From Planktothricoides raciborskii GIHE-MW2 (GTDB taxonomy: Bacteria > Cyanobacteriota > Cyanobacteriia > Cyanobacteriales > Laspinemataceae): DNA of 64,000 bases. Every line of letters begins with the position of its first letter. Position 1 is the first letter of the stretch. Shown piece after piece: positions 46,593 to 59,900 of this stretch. The notes below the pieces were generated by a model. It made no database searches. It was not told the DNA's origin and saw only the letters and a program-made list of their open reading frames with translations. The stretch lies in assembly GCF_040564635.1 (NCBI RefSeq), contig NZ_CP159837.1, forward strand, positions 419,801 through 483,800, read 5' to 3'. The position numbers and the translations under genes are program-made.

Positions 46593-47627
46593 ATGATGAC
46601 TCTGAAAGATTGCATAAATCCATTAACACTCCAGGGCAACCCGTTAAGTGTGGCGCCGATGATGGATTATACCGATCGCCATTTTCGCTATTTTATGCGG
46701 CAGATTACCCGTCGGACGCTGTTATATACGGAGATGGTGACGACCGCAGCGATTATTCACGGCGATCGCCCCCGACTGTTGGGTTTTTCTCCAGAGGAAA
46801 AGCCCGTATCCCTGCAACTGGGGGGGGACGATCCGCAGGAGTTGGCGGAATGCGTTCGCATTGGGACGGATTTTGGCTATGACGAGATTAATTTAAATGT
46901 CGGTTGTCCCAGCAGTCGGGTGCAAAATGGCAATTTTGGGGCTTGTTTGATGGCCCAACCAGACCGAGTTGCCCGGGCAGTGGAGGCTATGCAGCAAGCG
47001 ACCCATTTGCCGATTACGGTAAAACATCGGATTGGGATTGACGATCGCGATCGCTATGAGGATATGGCGAATTTTGTCCGGGTTGTTTCTGGGGCTGGGT
47101 GTCAGCGGTTTACCGTTCATGCCCGCAAAGCCTGGTTACAAGGGTTAAGTCCCAAGGAAAATCGCGATGTTCCGCCGTTGCGTTACGGTGATGTGTATCG
47201 TTTAAAGCAAGATTTTCCCCATTTGTTTGTGGAAATTAACGGCGGTGTGACTACTTTGGCCGAGGTTAAAGCACATTTGCAGTTGGTGGATGGGGTGATG
47301 ATTGGTCGGGCAGCTTACGATCGCCCTTATTTGTTTGCGGAATGCGATCGGGAGATTTATGGGGAAAATACTACGCCCCTGACGCGGCATCAAGTGGTTG
47401 AAGCCATGCTGCCTTATATTGAGTATTGGCTGAGTCAAGGGTTGAGTTTAAATAAGATGAGCCGACATTTGTTGTTATTGTTTAATGGACAACCGGGGAG
47501 TCGTGTTTGGAAACGATATCTGAGTGAAAATGCTCATGTTCCTGGGGCGGGAGTTGAGGTGATTCTGGCGGCTTTAGCCCAAGTTCCTCCCCCAGAGATG
47601 GCCGGTTTAACGGTATCAAATATTTGA
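46593..47627 (+). CDS. dusA: tRNA-dihydrouridine(20/20a) synthase DusA
   Basis: Strong similarity to E. coli DusA along the whole length: 'LSVAPMMDYTDRHFRYFMR...LLYTEMVTT.AIIHG', 'YDEINLNVGCPS.RVQNG.FGACLM', 'VKHRIGIDD', 'HARKAWLQGLSPKENR..PPL.Y', 'YLSENAH'. Confidence 0.9.
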   Translation: MMTLKDCINPLTLQGNPLSVAPMMDYTDRHFRYFMRQITRRTLLYTEMVTTAAIIHGDRPRLLGFSPEEKPVSLQLGGDDPQELAECVRIGTDFGYDEINLNVGCPSSRVQNGNFGACLMAQPDRVARAVEAMQQATHLPITVKHRIGIDDRDRYEDMANFVRVVSGAGCQRFTVHARKAWLQGLSPKENRDVPPLRYGDVYRLKQDFPHLFVEINGGVTTLAEVKAHLQLVDGVMIGRAAYDRPYLFAECDREIYGENTTPLTRHQVVEAMLPYIEYWLSQGLSLNKMSRHLLLLFNGQPGSRVWKRYLSENAHVPGAGVEVILAALAQVPPPEMAGLTVSNI

Positions 47628-47892
47628 CAACGGTCTGAATCGGCTAGGTTATGGGGATGGGTGCTTATCGGTTTTGCGGTTGGTTATGGGCGGGGTATAA
47701 TAGAGGTTGACCCGCAATCTGCGTCAGGGGATATTTGCGCGGAGGGGTGGGTGTAAAAACAGGGCAGGGCATTTTTTCCTCTGAACTGTTTATGGGGTCG
47801 AGGTTTGAGAGTTTTTGAGTCTCGAACCGATCCGCGCAAATCCTGAAATCCTTTGTGAGTCAGGGTTTTGGTTTATTCAGGTTTGAGGTCTG

Positions 47893-47923
47893 TTGACAAA
47901 TTTGGGGGGTTGCATGGTATGAT
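47893..47923 (+). promoter_or_regulatory. Candidate sigma70-type promoter in the CRISPR leader (TTGACA, 19 nt, TGgTATGAT extended -10)
   Basis: ttgacaaatttggggggttgcatggtatgat lies about 65 bp upstream of the first repeat and is oriented towards the array. The spacing is long, so this is tentative. Confidence 0.3.
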
Positions 47924-47986
47924 GAAGTCGATTCGCGCAAATGAACCTGGAAAATTAAATAAATCAAGGGTTCCGAGCCCCGGCCT

Positions 47987-50900
47987 GTTGCAACTATATT
48001 GAATCCCTATTAGGGATTGAAACGCTTAACCCGCTTACTTTGGGCGTAAGTATCCCAGTGGTTGCAACTATATTGAATCCCTATTAGGGATTGAAACTTG
48101 GCTTCTGGTAGCAGCGGGGTGTCGGTCGCGGGCGGTTGCAACTATATTGAATCCCTATTAGGGATTGAAACGCAACCCTAGATTAGCTTGTAAGTCGTAA
48201 TTGCTGTTGCAACTATATTGAATCCCTATTAGGGATTGAAACAAGGCGCAAATTGATGCAATTTGTCTTGAAAACTGGTGTTGCAACTATATTGAATCCC
48301 TATTAGGGATTGAAACCACCACCCGAACCGAAAACGGACGGACGCTGACCAAGCTGTTGCAACTATATTGAATCCCTATTAGGGATTGAAACTTCCGGGT
48401 TGCGATCGCGCTTCTCTTAATAGCGGAAAGTTGCAACTATATTGAATCCCTATTAGGGATTGAAACTGGCAGGTAAGCAATACCCGCTACACCGGCCACC
48501 TTAAGTTGCAACTATATTGAATCCCTATTAGGGATTGAAACAACAAACAGTAAACTATTTACGGCTTCTGAAAAAGTGGTTGCAACTATATTGAATCCCT
48601 ATTAGGGATTGAAACAAGCTTATAGGGATGCCAATGATGAATTTGAAGGCATAATGTTGCAACTATATTGAATCCCTATTAGGGATTGAAACCAACAAAT
48701 GACCAATTCATCAGGTGTGCAGATATGAGTTGCAACTATATTGAATCCCTATTAGGGATTGAAACTAAAATATATAGATTTTAGAATGGATCCAGCTTGC
48801 CTGTTGCAACTATATTGAATCCCTATTAGGGATTGAAACGTTTGGGGTGTGGGATGCGGTGAATCTGCCAAACGTTGCAACTATATTGAATCCCTATTAG
48901 GGATTGAAACAGTTGCCGGGCCTCTGAGGGTGAAACCGACGGCCTGATGGCGGTTTGTTGCAACTATATTGAATCCCTATTAGGGATTGAAACAGTTGCC
49001 GGTAAATTTTGAGAATTTCCAGGCAATGTTGCAACTATATTGAATCCCTATTAGGGATTGAAACGACAGCAAAATTTCTGGGATATGCTTGATAAAGTAG
49101 AGTTGCAACTATATTGAATCCCTATTAGGGATTGAAACTTCTAACCGATTGAGAACCGAATAAACCGATTTAATGTTGCAACTATATTGAATCCCTATTA
49201 GGGATTGAAACTTGTAAATTTCTTTCTTTCTTTTTCCCCTAAAAAAATGTTGCAACTATATTGAATCCCTATTAGGGATTGAAACTTAGCTAGTAAGAAA
49301 TCAGGCAAAAATAAACCAGAGAGTTGCAACTATATTGAATCCCTATTAGGGATTGAAACAGATACTGAGAGTGAGGGTCGGTTGCTGAAAGGTGTGTTGC
49401 AACTATATTGAATCCCTATTAGGGATTGAAACCAAAATGAACTTAACCAGTCTGGCTGCCTTCTCATGTTGCAACTATATTGAATCCCTATTAGGGATTG
49501 AAACTAGGGCTGACGAACGATCAAAAACTTTGGCTGACTCGTTGCAACTATATTGAATCCCTATTAGGGATTGAAACGTTATGCGGCAAACTGCTTAAAA
49601 TAGCTTTGGCCAAACGACTCGTTGCAACTATATTGAATCCCTATTAGGGATTGAAACGTTATGCGGATCCAGAATTACCAGGGATTCTGGTTGAGTTGCA
49701 ACTATATTGAATCCCTATTAGGGATTGAAACTGATGCGGCTTGTTGACTTGATTTATTGGTAGCAAGTGTTGCAACTATATTGAATCCCTATTAGGGATT
49801 GAAACTTCAGACAACATAAAGCCTCGGTCACGCCAGACTCCGTGTTGCAACTATATTGAATCCCTATTAGGGATTGAAACTGGGAATACGATCGCCCGGC
49901 TCCGACTCCGGCATGGTGTTGCAACTATATTGAATCCCTATTAGGGATTGAAACGATAGATAGGAAAATGTTGACCAAAAACTTCAACAAAGTGTTGCAA
50001 CTATATTGAATCCCTATTAGGGATTGAAACGCTGCGGCCCAAACACCCCCGCGCTTGGTGGCGATGTTGCAACTATATTGAATCCCTATTAGGGATTGAA
50101 ACCCTGAGTTGCAGCGTTTATCAGTCGAAAATTATGGTTGCAACTATATTGAATCCCTATTAGGGATTGAAACTCGCCAAAAACAAAAACCCCGACGCCT
50201 TACGGCATCGGGTTGCAACTATATTGAATCCCTATTAGGGATTGAAACTTAAACTATCACTTAACTGCTGACTTTTTTCCTTTGTTGCAACTATATTGAA
50301 TCCCTATTAGGGATTGAAACAGCAACCACGCCGTTGCCGTAATGTTGAGAAGCGGTATGTTGCAACTATATTGAATCCCTATTAGGGATTGAAACCTCGA
50401 ATTGCAGCACCGCGAAGCTGCAAATCATGTTGCAACTATATTGAATCCCTATTAGGGATTGAAACCGTTGCCGACGCGGGTAGTGGACTTCAAGGGTAAG
50501 CAGGTTGCAACTATATTGAATCCCTATTAGGGATTGAAACTTTTTTGAGCGATCGCACCCGACCTCCTACACCCCCAGTTGCAACTATATTGAATCCCTA
50601 TTAGGGATTGAAACGGCTTTCATTTCATACACCCCCAAAAATTGCAGCGATGTTGCAACTATATTGAATCCCTATTAGGGATTGAAACGATGCTGTGGCA
50701 ACCAATCAGCCCAGAAACCGGGGAAAAGTTGCAACTATATTGAATCCCTATTAGGGATTGAAACAATTGGATTACGATCATCAAAAATAAAGGCTATTTT
50801 AGTTGCAACTATATTGAATCCCTATTAGGGATTGAAACGGGGGGTGGAGCCCAGGAACCCAGCAATGGGATTCAGGAGAGTAATGTTGCAACTATATTGA

Positions 50901-53900
50901 ATCCCTATTAGGGATTGAAACGACAGTTTGGCTGACATACTGTTAGTATAATGCGTTGCAACTATATTGAATCCCTATTAGGGATTGAAACGGCAATGTA
51001 CAATCTGAGAATATTACCATATAAGAATGGTTGCAACTATATTGAATCCCTATTAGGGATTGAAACTGAGTCTCCACTGAGTTTTTTATTGGGAACCGAG
51101 ACAGTTGCAACTATATTGAATCCCTATTAGGGATTGAAACCTGTTCGGTGGAGATTGAACGAAGTTATGGCAAGAGTTGCAACTATATTGAATCCCTATT
51201 AGGGATTGAAACAGAGCGATCGCTGAAATCCGACCCGCTACTGCCTCACTAGAAAGTTGCAACTATATTGAATCCCTATTAGGGATTGAAACTTGTAGTG
51301 ACTGGCTGGAGACTTGCACTGATTGAGTTGCAACTATATTGAATCCCTATTAGGGATTGAAACACTTCCAGATACGGGCATCTTAGGTGATCAATTCCGG
51401 TTGCAACTATATTGAATCCCTATTAGGGATTGAAACCTTTGCATTGCCGGATCGTCCGTCTAGCCACGGCAAAGTTGCAACTATATTGAATCCCTATTAG
51501 GGATTGAAACAAGGCGCTCATTCATACCTTCGGCCCTTTCTCTCATTGTTGCAACTATATTGAATCCCTATTAGGGATTGAAACCGAGTTACTTGCTACC
51601 GTCCGTTACCACCGTTTGGTGGTTGCAACTATATTGAATCCCTATTAGGGATTGAAACCGATCCAGGGTGTCGGTTTGGCAATCATAAAGCTAGGTTGCA
51701 ACTATATTGAATCCCTATTAGGGATTGAAACAATTTCGTCTGCCATCGGTGCCAGATTTTGTAGGGCTGGTTGCAACTATATTGAATCCCTATTAGGGAT
51801 TGAAACGAAGGGATGGTTCTATGAGGCTACAAATTAACGAGTTGCAACTATATTGAATCCCTATTAGGGATTGAAACAGCCACGTTAGCACGCTTAAAAT
51901 CTGCTTACCTGATAGGTTGCAACTATATTGAATCCCTATTAGGGATTGAAACCAGTACAGGCATTGACATCTCAGGCATCTATCAAAGTTGCAACTATAT
52001 TGAATCCCTATTAGGGATTGAAACCTTGAGGCTCACTATCCGACGCGCCAACGGTCGGGTTGCAACTATATTGAATCCCTATTAGGGATTGAAACGGGGA
52101 GATCGCTCTGGCACCTTGACCACCCCCGACGGCGTTGCAACTATATTGAATCCCTATTAGGGATTGAAACGGCAAGTATCGCGGGCGATTCTGCACTCAA
52201 GAAAGCGAGTTGCAACTATATTGAATCCCTATTAGGGATTGAAACAATGCCTGTACTGCCATAGGTGAAATCCCATCGCCGTCACAGTAAGTAATGATGG
52301 ATCCGCTAATTGAAACAATGCCTGTACTGCCATAGGTGAAATCCCCACAGATCGCCGTTGCAACTATATTGAATCCCTATTAGGGATTGAAACGAATTGG
52401 GTCACTATATCTTGGTGGGAAATGCCAGTTGCAACTATATTGAATCCCTATTAGGGATTGAAACATACCTTCAATTTCAGCGATCTTAACGGCAAGTGCG
52501 TTGCAACTATATTGAATCCCTATTAGGGATTGAAACATTAACGTCCCAGCAAATTAGCTATTTGCTGGGACAAGTGTTGCAACTATATTGAATCCCTATT
52601 AGGGATTGAAACTACAGCATTCCCATCATCGTCAAAGTCAAGCCCATAGGTTGCAACTATATTGAATCCCTATTAGGGATTGAAACAGAATTGCCACCTC
52701 CTAGGTCTAAAATGCCATTGATTGTTGCAACTATATTGAATCCCTATTAGGGATTGAAACCGGGGGGTGGGTTTTGGGCTGATTCTGAACCCTGAACGTT
52801 GCAACTATATTGAATCCCTATTAGGGATTGAAACTAAAATTTTGGAACTAACAAAGTTGGAATGAGAAAAAGTTGCAACTATATTGAATCCCTATTAGGG
52901 ATTGAAACCGGTTAATATTCACGGTTTACACCCCCCCTAAAATTGGTTGCAACTATATTGAATCCCTATTAGGGATTGAAACACAGATGACCCTCGATCA
53001 ACTAAATCACCTGGTGGCAGGTTGCAACTATATTGAATCCCTATTAGGGATTGAAACCTGTAGCCCGTGTCAGCGAATCTGCCAAGATTACGTTGCAACT
53101 ATATTGAATCCCTATTAGGGATTGAAACACTGGCTTGAGTGGAAATAAAGGGACTACCCTTAATTGTTGCAACTATATTGAATCCCTATTAGGGATTGAA
53201 ACCAGTCCCGCGTAAACCGTGGGAAACAATGGCATTGGGTTGCAACTATATTGAATCCCTATTAGGGATTGAAACAACAAAAAGTAAGCTGTTCACTGCC
53301 TCTGAAGTGTTGCAACTATATTGAATCCCTATTAGGGATTGAAACGCTAAAAGCTTTGGCTTTGCAAATAGTAGGGCTGCTCGTTGCAACTATATTGAAT
53401 CCCTATTAGGGATTGAAACCAATTAATGCTTAAAGATCCTAAATCGATTTTTTCGTTGCAACTATATTGAATCCCTATTAGGGATTGAAACACGCACAAA
53501 ACAGGCGCAAAGAAGCAAGCGGGCGAGGGGTTGCAACTATATTGAATCCCTATTAGGGATTGAAACATTATTTTTTCTACTTATATCAAATCTTTTGATG
53601 ATGTTGCAACTATATTGAATCCCTATTAGGGATTGAAACTCCTACTCAGAAGAGATGAACACACCGGATCCGAGCGTTGCAACTATATTGAATCCCTATT
53701 AGGGATTGAAACTAAAAAAGAAGTATTGCAAATAGGACACCCTATGGTTGCAACTATATTGAATCCCTATTAGGGATTGAAACAACTCTTTTTGTTGATG
53801 AGGCGATCACAAGCCACCGTTGCAACTATATTGAATCCCTATTAGGGATTGAAACGCTCCACAAATTCACCGCTGCGGTGCCAATCTCCTGGTTGCAACT

Positions 53901-56900
53901 ATATTGAATCCCTATTAGGGATTGAAACCGCTAAATTTAGCGGACGATGGGTGGACAACCATCGAGTTGCAACTATATTGAATCCCTATTAGGGATTGAA
54001 ACGGGATTTTCTGATTTTAAAATCAAATTCAAAAAAATGTTGCAACTATATTGAATCCCTATTAGGGATTGAAACAACTTGCATTCCTTCAAAATTAGTA
54101 ATTTTATATTGTTGCAACTATATTGAATCCCTATTAGGGATTGAAACTATACCAGGAACTCATGAATTTATTGAAAATGTTACTGTTGCAACTATATTGA
54201 ATCCCTATTAGGGATTGAAACAATCCCATAGATTTATCGCCGCGATCGCCACCCTGCGTTGCAACTATATTGAATCCCTATTAGGGATTGAAACGGGGAA
54301 GGAAAAACCTATATTCAGGCACCCAAAATGTTGCAACTATATTGAATCCCTATTAGGGATTGAAACCGACAAGAAAACTGGTGAAATCGACAAAAAAGCC
54401 GGTTGCAACTATATTGAATCCCTATTAGGGATTGAAACGGGTTTATCAGATGCAAAAGAGAACCATTTTTCTGTTGCAACTATATTGAATCCCTATTAGG
54501 GATTGAAACCACCTATAGCCGGGGGACGAGTAGCGGAAGAGCCAAAGTTGCAACTATATTGAATCCCTATTAGGGATTGAAACTTGGACATTGGCGGCGG
54601 TAACTCTACAGGGTGTCTGTGTTGCAACTATATTGAATCCCTATTAGGGATTGAAACCGGGGTGATTGTATCCGGGCATTTTGTATAAGCGGTCGTTGCA
54701 ACTATATTGAATCCCTATTAGGGATTGAAACCTTAGATTTTCTGGAACTGTGGGGACTTAGAAAATCAGTTGCAACTATATTGAATCCCTATTAGGGATT
54801 GAAACACGGCAGCAGCAATGATTCCGCTAAGGCTAATGTGCGTTGCAACTATATTGAATCCCTATTAGGGATTGAAACCCTTTTTGATGTTTTTTGCCGC
54901 ATACTTAACGTTAAAGTTGCAACTATATTGAATCCCTATTAGGGATTGAAACGGGGCTACCTCTCACCGAGCCTCACCGAAAATTCCTCGTTGCAACTAT
55001 ATTGAATCCCTATTAGGGATTGAAACAGAAACATTTTCCCATTGCGATTGATTAAAGGTAAATGTTGCAACTATATTGAATCCCTATTAGGGATTGAAAC
55101 TATTCAAGATTACTTGGATTATAAAATCAAACAAGAAGTTGCAACTATATTGAATCCCTATTAGGGATTGAAACATCCCCTGCTGACAACCGGGGCCGCA
55201 GTAAGTCACAAGCGAGTTGCAACTATATTGAATCCCTATTAGGGATTGAAACTGGACTTTTGGCTAAAAACGACCAGACGGCCGCACAGGTTGCAACTAT
55301 ATTGAATCCCTATTAGGGATTGAAACGGCAATCTGTGATTTGTGATGGGAGTATTAAACCAAGTTGCAACTATATTGAATCCCTATTAGGGATTGAAACT
55401 AGATAATTGATAGCTAACTCTGATTTACCGCTGCCCCGTTGCAACTATATTGAATCCCTATTAGGGATTGAAACTAAAGTTGCGATCGCCATAACAGAAA
55501 GTCCCTGATTCGTTGCAACTATATTGAATCCCTATTAGGGATTGAAACCCATTGCTTATAGTCCTTAAAATAGTTTGTCAACGTTGCAACTATATTGAAT
55601 CCCTATTAGGGATTGAAACTAGCAACCGATTCTGGTAAACCTGAAAGTAGATTTGTGTTGCAACTATATTGAATCCCTATTAGGGATTGAAACGTAATTG
55701 ACAAAAAGTAAGCTATTCACGGCTTCTGAAGTTGCAACTATATTGAATCCCTATTAGGGATTGAAACTTTTGTTTTGGATTTAGCCTTTAGCCGCCTCTA
55801 GCAGTTGCAACTATATTGAATCCCTATTAGGGATTGAAACAATGCCGTGTTGCGTTGTTGATTAACGCGGGTAATGAGTTGCAACTATATTGAATCCCTA
55901 TTAGGGATTGAAACGTAATTGACAAAAAGTAAGCTATTCACGGCTTCTGAAAAAGGTTGCAACTATATTGAATCCCTATTAGGGATTGAAACATACAAAA
56001 TGCAACAACCCCCCTAGACTTTCGGCTAGGTTGCAACTATATTGAATCCCTATTAGGGATTGAAACTTGAGCAATTACCTTTGCCCCCATCGCCAATTCA
56101 GGGTTGCAACTATATTGAATCCCTATTAGGGATTGAAACTCTAAGTTTGCTGACAGCGCTATAACTTAGCCCGCTTCGTTGCAACTATATTGAATCCCTA
56201 TTAGGGATTGAAACGATAGCAGGATGGCTTGACGAGTGGGCAATTTTCGGTGTTGCAACTATATTGAATCCCTATTAGGGATTGAAACAAGACGCGATCG
56301 CCGCAAAAAGGGACTAGCTAACCCCCGTTGCAACTATATTGAATCCCTATTAGGGATTGAAACACAAGCCTCACTTGGATCCGCTAATTCTGCGATATGA
56401 GATGGGAGTTGCAACTATATTGAATCCCTATTAGGGATTGAAACCAACTGATCCATCCGCAGTCTCAGGCCGGTGATCACTGTTGCAACTATATTGAATC
56501 CCTATTAGGGATTGAAACAACGACACTGAACAACAAACCATCACCCTGATTTTCAGGTTGCAACTATATTGAATCCCTATTAGGGATTGAAACGACAAAA
56601 AGCAAGCTATTGACCGCTTCTGAGAAACGTTGCAACTATATTGAATCCCTATTAGGGATTGAAACCGGATGGACCCTAAATCAAGAACAACGCCGGATCC
56701 TCGTTGCAACTATATTGAATCCCTATTAGGGATTGAAACAGTGCGATCGCCACCTTCATAACTGATGGCGTCAGCAGTTGCAACTATATTGAATCCCTAT
56801 TAGGGATTGAAACGCCCCCCGACAAAGACAAAAATTGCTGGTTGCAGGCCGTTGCAACTATATTGAATCCCTATTAGGGATTGAAACTAAAAGTTTCTTT

Positions 56901-59900
56901 GGCGGGCTTCGCCAATACAAAGCAGTTGCAACTATATTGAATCCCTATTAGGGATTGAAACCATTTATCGAGGTAAAAATGAAACGAAAAAATATCAAGT
57001 TGCAACTATATTGAATCCCTATTAGGGATTGAAACGAACAAGTCAAAGTTGAAGCCGAAAAGATAGGCCAATGTTGCAACTATATTGAATCCCTATTAGG
57101 GATTGAAACGGGAAGAACGGGCGACCAGTAAGGATCGAATCCGAGTTGCAACTATATTGAATCCCTATTAGGGATTGAAACCTCTGCCAATTTTCGAGAT
57201 GCACTAAAGCTAGGAGTTGCAACTATATTGAATCCCTATTAGGGATTGAAACGGCGATCGCGAGTTCGATCAACTTGATTAATTCGTGTTGCAACTATAT
57301 TGAATCCCTATTAGGGATTGAAACAGACTCCCAGGGGCGGATGAATGTGGACTTCATTCGTTGCAACTATATTGAATCCCTATTAGGGATTGAAACATCC
57401 ATTGATTGATTATGACTACCAAGTTAATGAGTGTTTCAGTTGCAACTATATTGAATCCCTATTAGGGATTGAAACGATACTTTTACATTGCCAATTAATC
57501 GCATCATAGTTGTTGCAACTATATTGAATCCCTATTAGGGATTGAAACGTTCTGCTCCAAGGTGAAGTCGTAGGAGCCGGGGGGAGACTCATCGTTGCAA
57601 CTATATTGAATCCCTATTAGGGATTGAAACATTGTTGCGATCGCTCCACCAAGCAAAAATTCAGCAGGTTGCAACTATATTGAATCCCTATTAGGGATTG
57701 AAACGGCTGCTCCCAAGGAAAATAATTCTCATAGTCAAAGTTGCAACTATATTGAATCCCTATTAGGGATTGAAACAACGCATTAAATTTAACGAATTTC
57801 TGATTAATAATTGTTGCAACTATATTGAATCCCTATTAGGGATTGAAACAAAACAAATCACCAGAATTTTGCTCAAACATCTGGTTGCAACTATATTGAA
57901 TCCCTATTAGGGATTGAAACACCAGAACCTAATACTTTAGATCTAAAACTAATCATGTTGCAACTATATTGAATCCCTATTAGGGATTGAAACTCTTTTT
58001 CCGTTTTTAGTTTTTGGCATCTTTTTGTTGCAACTATATTGAATCCCTATTAGGGATTGAAACAAGGCGTGTAACCACCACTTCACTTACTTGCTGCGAT
58101 CGTTGCAACTATATTGAATCCCTATTAGGGATTGAAACAGCAGGAGTCGAGCGAGCTTTAGAGTCTAGCGGATGTTGCAACTATATTGAATCCCTATTAG
58201 GGATTGAAACAACTTACGAACCTACCGCTTGCAAGATTACTTTTACAGTTGCAACTATATTGAATCCCTATTAGGGATTGAAACACTCTTGCGATCGCTC
58301 CACCAAGCAAAAATTCAGCAGGGTTGCAACTATATTGAATCCCTATTAGGGATTGAAACTCGTAGGTCTTGTTCCAGAACTTCTGGAGCTAGTAGTTGCA
58401 ACTATATTGAATCCCTATTAGGGATTGAAACATAATATCTTCTCTCCTTAATTAATTCTCTACCTTGTTGCAACTATATTGAATCCCTATTAGGGATTGA
58501 AACGCGAAGGACAATCGGACTAAGTATTATCTATATAAGAGTTGCAACTATATTGAATCCCTATTAGGGATTGAAACGCCTTTTTCTCCCTTTTCTCCTT
58601 TTTCTCCTTTTTGTTGCAACTATATTGAATCCCTATTAGGGATTGAAACTTCTACTAAAACAAACCCTACTGCTGATTTCCAGAGTTGCAACTATATTGA
58701 ATCCCTATTAGGGATTGAAACAACCAAAGCTGCACTGGCAGTAGTAGCACCAGTCGTTGCAACTATATTGAATCCCTATTAGGGATTGAAACGGGGCGAT
58801 TATGAAAACATGGGTATTGCTGTAATGTTGCAACTATATTGAATCCCTATTAGGGATTGAAACTCAAAAATCATATAGCCAGTATTCAGAGTGGATAAAG
58901 TTGCAACTATATTGAATCCCTATTAGGGATTGAAACAGTGAATAGCTGTCTGTCTATGGCAGAAAAGGTGCGTGTTGCAACTATATTGAATCCCTATTAG
59001 GGATTGAAACCTACCCCCCATCCCCCCTAGTGTGGTCTCATGCGATGTTGCAACTATATTGAATCCCTATTAGGGATTGAAACTTGATAGTGAAACCATT
59101 CCTCATAAAATGAACTACGGGTTGCAACTATATTGAATCCCTATTAGGGATTGAAACTTGATAGTGAAACCATTCCTCATAAAATGAACTACGGGGTTGC
59201 AACTATATTGAATCCCTATTAGGGATTGAAACAACTCGACGGTAGCCGTGCCACCGGCTTGAGAAGATTGTTGCAACTATATTGAATCCCTATTAGGGAT
59301 TGAAACCGGTTTTTCTCCGCTCGCTTGCGGCGCTAGGCTACGGGTTGCAACTATATTGAATCCCTATTAGGGATTGAAACGCTTCTACTGTGGATCAGAT
59401 CGTAGCGGGGGCTACTGTTGCAACTATATTGAATCCCTATTAGGGATTGAAACGGGCTTTATAATCTGCCCAGAAATCCTTCCAGAGGTTGCAACTATAT
59501 TGAATCCCTATTAGGGATTGAAACCGCCTGGTTTTGCGCTTGGCACTGGTATCCGCACGTTGCAACTATATTGAATCCCTATTAGGGATTGAAACCTCTC
59601 TCATCTGTTTTTGCTTCATTTTATAGTATTCAGGTTGCAACTATATTGAATCCCTATTAGGGATTGAAACGGGGAAATCCTTTGGGGACAGACCGAATGG
59701 GAAGACGTTGCAACTATATTGAATCCCTATTAGGGATTGAAACTCTACAACAAAATCTAGATGGCCTTTGCCACAGGGTGTTGCAACTATATTGAATCCC
59801 TATTAGGGATTGAAACCATAAGTGTCTATGGATGTCTTGGCCTAATTCTTTGTTGCAACTATATTGAATCCCTATTAGGGATTGAAACTGTTCATCGCGG

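Noticed and set aside
46268-46882. ORFs 46268..46639 (-), 46279..46461 (-) and 46430..46882 (+)
   Set aside because: They span the STRR heptamer repeat block (GVGCGVWGVGG..., YSLFTIHYSLF..., PHTPHTPH...). The last one also runs into dusA in another frame. These are repeat-translation artefacts.
46593-47627. dusA as the attachment site of an integrated genomic island
   Set aside because: dusA 5' ends are known integration hotspots. However, no integrase, attL/attR-like duplication of the dusA 5' end, or island cargo is visible here, and the tRNA-Glu upstream is intact. This is kept only as context for the CRISPR array placement.
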